Positions 58,331 to 64,000 of a stretch of DNA of 64,000 nucleotides are shown piece after piece (the first letter of the stretch is position 1; each line of letters begins with the position of its first letter). The DNA lies in contig JAGZZT010000001.1 in the NCBI GenBank assembly GCA_018377235.1, positions 192,474 through 256,473 on the forward strand. The letters run 5' to 3'. This DNA is from Clostridium sp. Its GTDB lineage: Bacteria > Bacillota > Clostridia > Lachnospirales > Lachnospiraceae. The position numbers were made by a program, and so were the translations under genes. The notes under the pieces are model-generated. The model was not told where the DNA came from, made no database searches, and was given only the letters and a program-made list of their open reading frames with translations.

Positions 58331-60994
58331 CTATCTCTCTGCCTCCCAGCGGTTTTTAAGCCTTGATTGGAACTTGTCCAGGGTCACCAGGGCTTCCACA
58401 GGAGACAATCTGCTGATATCCAGTTCCATCAGTTCCTGTATAATGTCCTCCTCACGGACTGTATCAAAAATAGACATCTGGCGCAGATCTACCTCATCCG
58501 GCTGCTCTATGCTGCGCCGCGGCTGGCTATTCCTGCTGCCGGAGGCAATCTCCTTGGCCCGTGCCGTAATGTCTGCGTCTGACAGCTCTTCTACCAGCTC
58601 CTTCGCCCGGCTGATCACAGGTTCAGGCACTCCCGCCAGCTTGGCTACCTGAATTCCATAGCTTTTGTCTGCTCCGCCTTTTACAATCTTTCGCAGAAAT
58701 ACAATGTTATCTCCCTGCTCCTTTACAGCGATACAGTAATTATTCACTCCGCTGACAGCACCCTCCAGCTCCGTCAATTCATGGTAATGAGTGGCGAACA
58801 GTGTTTTCGCACCCAAAGTCTTCGTGCTGCTGATGTATTCTACCACTGCCCAGGCAATGGACAGGCCGTCAAAGGTACTGGTTCCCCTTCCGATTTCATC
58901 GAGAATCAGAAGGCTGTTCCTGGTAGCGTTCCTGAGAATATTAGCTACCTCCGTCATCTCCACCATAAAGGTACTCTGCCCGGAAGCCAAGTCATCGGAC
59001 GCTCCCACTCTTGTAAAAATCCTGTCACACAGGCCGATATTAGCCTCGTCCGCCGGAACAAAGCTGCCTATTTGAGCCATCAGGGTAATCAGAGCCGTCT
59101 GTCTCATGTAAGTGGACTTACCTGCCATATTAGGGCCTGTGATAATGGAGATACGGTTCTTTCCATTGTCCAGGTAAGTATCATTAGCTACGAACAGATC
59201 GTCCCGCATCATCTGCTCCACCACCGGATGGCGGCCGTTCTTAATATGAATCACGCCCTTTTCATTGATTTTCGGCTTCACATAGTTCTGACGGGTTGCT
59301 ACTGCTGAAAAAGATATCAGTACATCTAAAAGAGCAATAGCTTTGGCGGTCTGCTGAATCGTTTCCACTCTCGCCCCAATAGCGTCTCTCACCTGGCAAA
59401 ACAGATCGTACTCCAGAGAAAACAGCTTATCCTCCGCTCCCAGAATTGTCCCCTCCAGCTCTTTTAACCGCTCTGTCGTAAAGCGCTCTGCATTAGTCAG
59501 AGTCTGGCGTCTGATAAAATAGCCGGGAACCTGATCCTTAAAAGAATTGGTCACCTCAAAGTAATAGCCGAACACCTTATTAAACTTTACCTTTAACGTC
59601 TTGATCCCAGTCTTTTCCTTCTCCTCTGCCTCCAAATCCGCCAGCCAGTCTTTTCCCTGAGTTTTGGCATGGCGCAGGCGATCCGCTTCTTCGCTGTACC
59701 CCTCTTTAATCATGCCTCCGTCCCTGACGGAAATCGGAGGCTCTTCCACAATGGCCCGCTCAATTAAATCGGTCAATTCCTCCAGAGTGTCCATCTCCTG
59801 ATCTACCTGCCGCAGAAGAGGACTCTGAAATTCTCCCAGAATCTGCTTGATATGGGGCAGCATAGCCAGGGAACTCTTAAAGGCAATCAAATCTCTGGGA
59901 TTTGCCGTCTTATAGCTGATCCTTCCAATAAGACGTTCCAGATCATAAACGGCATTCAGATATTCCGCCATCTCCTCCCTGGAAATATAGTTCATATTCA
60001 GCTCCTCCACCGCATTCTGGCGCTCCAGGATCCTCTCTCTGGAAATCAGCGGCTGTTCTACAAAGGAACGCAGCATTCTGGCTCCCATGGCTGTCTTTGT
60101 TTTATCAAGAACCCATAGGAGAGTTCCCCTCTTCTGCTTCTCCCTGAGAGTCTCTGTCAGCTCCAGATTTCTCCTGGTGGAGGTATCTAACATCATATAT
60201 TGGCCTGTAGTGTAAGGCGTAATCCCTGTCAGATGATCCAGGGTACTCTTCTGAGTCTCATAAAGATACTGAAGCACCGCTCCGGCTGCAATGGTTCCAG
60301 CCTCATACTGGGAAATTCCAAGACCATCCAGATGGTTCACATGAAAATGTTCCCTCAGAAGCGTGCGGCAGGAATCGTCTGAAAAAAAACGGTTTTCCAG
60401 AGCAGTCACAACCACATGAAGACGGTTTTTTAAATCCTCCAGATCTACCCCTGACATGTAAAAAGCTTCATTACAGATAATTTCAGATGGAGCAAATTTA
60501 TAAATCTCATCCAAAAGCGTCCGCTCTGATTTTACCTCCGTTACCAGGTAATCTCCTGTGCTGATATCTGCGGAAGAAACACCGAACACTCCATCCATAT
60601 AGACGATTCCCATCAGATAGTTATTCTTTGATTCCTCCAAAGCCTGGGAACTCGTGATTGTTCCAGGCGTAACCACACGGATAACCTCCCTTTTCACCAG
60701 GCCCTTGGCTGTCTTCGGATCCTCCATCTGCTCGGCAATCGCAACCTTATAGCCTTTCTGCACCAGCCGGTTCAGATAGTTGTCCACCGCATGGTAGGGA
60801 ACTCCGCACATGGGAGCCCGCTCTTCCAGTCCGCACTCCTTTCCTGTCAGGGTGATTTCCAGCTCCCTGGAAGCCGTCTTCGCATCCTCGAAAAACATCT
60901 CGTAAAAATCGCCTAATCTGTAAAAAAGAATGCAATCCGGGTACTGCTTTTTTGTCTCCAGATAATGAGCCATCATAGGTGATAATTGTGCCAC
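58331..60994 (-). CDS. mutS: DNA mismatch repair protein MutS
   Basis: 887 aa. 'GPNMAGKSTYMRQ' Walker A. 'FATHYHELT'. Confidence 0.95.
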   Translation of the reverse strand: MAQLSPMMAHYLETKKQYPDCILFYRLGDFYEMFFEDAKTASRELEITLTGKECGLEERAPMCGVPYHAVDNYLNRLVQKGYKVAIAEQMEDPKTAKGLVKREVIRVVTPGTITSSQALEESKNNYLMGIVYMDGVFGVSSADISTGDYLVTEVKSERTLLDEIYKFAPSEIICNEAFYMSGVDLEDLKNRLHVVVTALENRFFSDDSCRTLLREHFHVNHLDGLGISQYEAGTIAAGAVLQYLYETQKSTLDHLTGITPYTTGQYMMLDTSTRRNLELTETLREKQKRGTLLWVLDKTKTAMGARMLRSFVEQPLISRERILERQNAVEELNMNYISREEMAEYLNAVYDLERLIGRISYKTANPRDLIAFKSSLAMLPHIKQILGEFQSPLLRQVDQEMDTLEELTDLIERAIVEEPPISVRDGGMIKEGYSEEADRLRHAKTQGKDWLADLEAEEKEKTGIKTLKVKFNKVFGYYFEVTNSFKDQVPGYFIRRQTLTNAERFTTERLKELEGTILGAEDKLFSLEYDLFCQVRDAIGARVETIQQTAKAIALLDVLISFSAVATRQNYVKPKINEKGVIHIKNGRHPVVEQMMRDDLFVANDTYLDNGKNRISIITGPNMAGKSTYMRQTALITLMAQIGSFVPADEANIGLCDRIFTRVGASDDLASGQSTFMVEMTEVANILRNATRNSLLILDEIGRGTSTFDGLSIAWAVVEYISSTKTLGAKTLFATHYHELTELEGAVSGVNNYCIAVKEQGDNIVFLRKIVKGGADKSYGIQVAKLAGVPEPVISRAKELVEELSDADITARAKEIASGSRNSQPRRSIEQPDEVDLRQMSIFDTVREEDIIQELMELDISRLSPVEALVTLDKFQSRLKNRWEAER

Positions 60995-61162
60995 AGTCTG
61001 TCCTCTCTTCTCTCGTTGTATGAGTTTTCCCTTCTCTGCAAAAGAACGACTGCTGCCCGGCCCCCAATCTGGGAAGCCGGGCTGCAGTCTTTTTCTATCG
61101 CAGAGAACTACATGGGAACTCTTCTTTCTTTGTCTCTTTCGTCACAGGAGGCAGACTACTGC

Positions 61163-62506
61163 CTACCTCTGAATCAGCGGATCCGTCGGATCCCAATACT
61201 GGTTATCAGAAACTGGAATTAAATCCGGTTTGTCAAATGGGGAAGCCACATTCGGATCCTCATAAATCACTACGGTTGTTCCGATTGGGCAGTTATCATA
61301 TACCCACTTGGAATTCTCGCAGGTCAGGCGTACACAGCCAAGAGATCTGGAAACCCCAAGGCCATTATATCCTTCTGTATTGAGCTTGTTAATATTTGGT
61401 TCTGAATAGGTAATGGAGTGGAATAAAAAGCCCTGGGTGATTCTGGTAGCCCACTGAGTGTAGGAATCATTCACCATCAGTCTCCATCTGTATTTTTCCG
61501 GAGTTTTGAAGGTTCCGATAGGCGTATCATCTCCAACTGATGTCAGCATGGCCTTTACTGGAATAATATAGCCGTTATCTCCGTCCTTCGCGTAAATTGT
61601 GGAGCAGTTTAAGGTCTTATTTACCTTAATTACATAGCTGCTCTGCTTACCGATAATATTGTCCACATCCTGAACCAGGCGTCCTGACGGCTCAAAATAA
61701 AACTTCATGCCATCAATATAATGCCAGCCAGAGAGGGACTGTCCATCCTTAAAGTAGAATCTTTCATGATCATATGAAGCCCAGCCTGTGTATGGAGTTC
61801 CGTCCCCATTAGTCATAGTGCTTCCCTCTGCTCCAATCCGAATACGGTTTGTCAGTTCGTTGATATAGCGTCCTGCCGCAGAGGATGGCCCTGGCTGTCC
61901 CTTCGGAACGAGAACCACTTCTACGCTTACCAGATGCTCGCCTAAATTAGACGTTCCCGCTACCTCTCCATTCTTTGCCCATCCCATCTTGCCCTGGCCG
62001 CTGGAGGTAACGGAATAATAAACGTCATAATCTCTCTCTGCATCTCCTGTTAAAACAATCTCTATCGCTTCGATATAGGTGGAAGCCTCTGTTCCGCCAG
62101 TAGGCTTTCCATCGTGATTCCACCAGATAAAACCTCCGTTGTTTACAAAGGAGCGGTAGGAAACGCCTCCGATTCCATTATAATTGTTCAGGTTCATAGA
62201 CAGGCTTGTCACCTCAGTTCCCACACCCTGATTGTAGGATACAGACACATTGGGAGCCGTGGAAGCTGTTCCGCTGTCTCCTGTCTGGGTATTTCCCCCT
62301 TCCGGAACCTGAGCGTCCTGCTGGCCTTCTCCGCCTTCTGCCTGGCCCTGATTTTCAGACTGTGTCGGCGGCAGTGTCTGTCCCTGATCAATCTCAAGTC
62401 CTGGACCAGTGGGCGCATCCTCCGCCGCAAATGCAGTGGTTCCTCCTCCCACAGTCATGACTGCTGCCAAAAGAAGCGCCGCTGCCCTTAAATGTTGCTT
62501 TTTCAT
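61163..62506 (-). CDS. Secreted L,D-transpeptidase (YkuD domain) with putative cell-wall-binding repeat
   Basis: Signal peptide 'MKKQHLRAAALLLAAVMTVGGGTTAFA'. C-terminal 'HSITYSE...SLGCVRL' Ldt catalytic motif. 'GWHYIDGMKFYFEPSGRL' resembles a CW_binding_1 repeat. Confidence 0.7.
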   Translation of the reverse strand: MKKQHLRAAALLLAAVMTVGGGTTAFAAEDAPTGPGLEIDQGQTLPPTQSENQGQAEGGEGQQDAQVPEGGNTQTGDSGTASTAPNVSVSYNQGVGTEVTSLSMNLNNYNGIGGVSYRSFVNNGGFIWWNHDGKPTGGTEASTYIEAIEIVLTGDAERDYDVYYSVTSSGQGKMGWAKNGEVAGTSNLGEHLVSVEVVLVPKGQPGPSSAAGRYINELTNRIRIGAEGSTMTNGDGTPYTGWASYDHERFYFKDGQSLSGWHYIDGMKFYFEPSGRLVQDVDNIIGKQSSYVIKVNKTLNCSTIYAKDGDNGYIIPVKAMLTSVGDDTPIGTFKTPEKYRWRLMVNDSYTQWATRITQGFLFHSITYSEPNINKLNTEGYNGLGVSRSLGCVRLTCENSKWVYDNCPIGTTVVIYEDPNVASPFDKPDLIPVSDNQYWDPTDPLIQR

Positions 62507-62518
62507 ATGTATGCCCTC

Positions 62519-63970
62519 CTAATCATTACATAATGTTCCCATATAATAAAATCCTTTTGATTCATCCAGATACACATCCACAATTGTTCCAATCAATTCT
62601 TTTCCGCCCTTGAAGTGAACCGTGATATTATTGGAAAGACGGCCTGTTACCATACCCTCCTCATGGGTGTCCGGCTCCTCCACCAGCACTTTCTGAACTG
62701 TATGGACGTCACGTCCGCTGATTTCCGCGGAAATATCCTGCACCTCTTTTAAGAGCCGATCAAATCGGTTCTTAATCACATCTTCCGGAACCTGGTTCTC
62801 CATCACAGCCGCCGGCGTACCTGTCCGCTTGGAATAGATAAAGGTGAAGGCGCTGTCATAGCGGACCTTTCTCACTACATCCAGAGTTTCCTCAAAGTCT
62901 TCCTCCGTCTCTCCCGGAAATCCCACAATAATATCTGTAGTCAAAGAAATATCAGGGATTTCCCGCTTGATCTTTTCAGCCAGCTCCAGATACTTTTCCT
63001 TAGTATAACGGCGGTTCATCTGCTCTAACATCCTGCTGCTTCCCGACTGCAGAGGCAGGTGGAGATGACGGCAGATCTTTTTGGAATCTCTCATCACTTC
63101 TATCAGCTCGTCTGACAGATCCTTTGGATGGGAGGTCATAAACCGGATACGTTCCAGCCCCTCAATCTTCTCAACTCTTCTTAAAAGCTCTGCAAAAGAA
63201 ACTGGTTCCGGCAGGTTCTTTCCATAAGAGTTTACATTCTGGCCAAGCAGCATGACCTCCACTACACCGTCTGCCACCAGTCCTTCGATCTCTCTTATAA
63301 TGTCCTCCGGCCTTCTGCTTCTCTCTCTGCCACGCACATAGGGTACAATACAGTAACTGCAGAAATTATTACAGCCGAACATGATATTGACACCGGATTT
63401 AAACGGATACTTTCTCTCACTGGGCAAATCCTCAACGATCTGATCTGTGTCCTTCCAGATATCGATCACCATTTTTCCCGTCTCGAATCTGGCATACAGC
63501 AGTTCTGCCAGCTTATAAATATTATGAGTTCCGAAGATCACGTCTACAAAACGGTATGTCTTCTTAATCCTCTCTACCACCTGATCCTCCTGCATCATGC
63601 AGCCGCACAGGCCGATGAGCATTCTGGGATTTTTCTTTTTCAGGCTGTTTAAATAGCCCAGGCGGCCGTATACCCTCTGGTTAGCGTTCTCTCTAACCGT
63701 ACAGGTGTTGTAGAGCACCAGGTCGGCCTCCTCTGTATCCGTATGCTGAAAACCGGCAGCCAACAGAATGCCCTCCAGCTTTTCTGAGTCATGGGCATTC
63801 ATCTGGCATCCGAAAGTCTCAATGTGGAAGGTCACCGCCGTCTTCTGTTCCTGTTCCTTCCAGGCCTCCACTGCCTGGCGGCACAGCTCCATAAAATACT
63901 CCTGTCTTTCCGGCTCAGCAGACGGGGCTTTATTCCAGATTTCTGTATATGTAATATTATTTAAGTCCAT
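62519..63970 (-). CDS. miaB: tRNA-i6A37 methylthiotransferase
   Basis: 483 aa. 'FHIETFGCQMNAHDSEKL' MTTase N-terminal domain. Radical SAM 'CNNFCSYC'. C-terminal TRAM domain. Confidence 0.9.
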   Translation of the reverse strand: MDLNNITYTEIWNKAPSAEPERQEYFMELCRQAVEAWKEQEQKTAVTFHIETFGCQMNAHDSEKLEGILLAAGFQHTDTEEADLVLYNTCTVRENANQRVYGRLGYLNSLKKKNPRMLIGLCGCMMQEDQVVERIKKTYRFVDVIFGTHNIYKLAELLYARFETGKMVIDIWKDTDQIVEDLPSERKYPFKSGVNIMFGCNNFCSYCIVPYVRGRERSRRPEDIIREIEGLVADGVVEVMLLGQNVNSYGKNLPEPVSFAELLRRVEKIEGLERIRFMTSHPKDLSDELIEVMRDSKKICRHLHLPLQSGSSRMLEQMNRRYTKEKYLELAEKIKREIPDISLTTDIIVGFPGETEEDFEETLDVVRKVRYDSAFTFIYSKRTGTPAAVMENQVPEDVIKNRFDRLLKEVQDISAEISGRDVHTVQKVLVEEPDTHEEGMVTGRLSNNITVHFKGGKELIGTIVDVYLDESKGFYYMGTLCND

Positions 63971-64000
63971 TGATCAGGTCCTTTCTTATCCATTAAACTT

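Overview
This 64 kb window looks like chromosomal core DNA of a Firmicutes/Clostridia (Lachnospiraceae-like) genome, about 50% GC, densely coding, with no rRNA, tRNA, CRISPR or clear prophage.

First half, mostly on the + strand:
- RluA-family pseudouridine synthase (5'-truncated), RecU and PepT.
- A convergent AsnB-like gene that lacks the catalytic Cys, followed by a membrane permease.
- A two-gene PspA (phage-shock protein A / IM30) module whose partner is an unusual membrane protein with an RGG/SGG-rich disordered tail and a TPM-like domain.
- A nucleoside salvage and uptake block: IU-type nucleoside hydrolase, a BMP-family lipoprotein, and a two-domain ABC ATPase with two permeases.
- Immediately after it, a short (about 500 aa) glycyl-radical-enzyme-like protein ending in 'RVTGY', translationally coupled ('TAATG') to a radical-SAM activase. 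I read this as a YjjI/YjjW-type pair of unknown function.
- Then a Crp/Fnr regulator, D-serine ammonia-lyase, pflA-pflB, a T-box leader in front of brnQ, a B12-binding radical-SAM / DUF2344 / RNase G triad, and the rplU-prp-rpmA-obg-yhbY-nadD-yqeK-rsfS operon.

Second half, mostly on the - strand:
- lexA, with a divergent SOS-box-controlled LysM/TM YneA-like gene.
- A XerD-like recombinase, a TtcA-like PP-loop ATPase and an NlpC/P60 hydrolase.
- A cytidylate-kinase-like gene, rluD, lspA and aroB.
- ylmH-sepF-ylmE, preceded by an HlyD-like membrane protein and a tiny P-loop ORF.
- A D-Ala-D-Ala carboxypeptidase, mgsA, rodA-minE-minD (no minC), an unusually long PBP2, and mreD-mreC.
- radC, a ynbB-like gene, miaA, mutL, mutS, an L,D-transpeptidase and miaB.

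The most interesting candidates are the YjjI/YjjW-like glycyl-radical pair embedded in a nucleoside-utilisation context, and the PspA module with the RGG-rich TPM-like partner.
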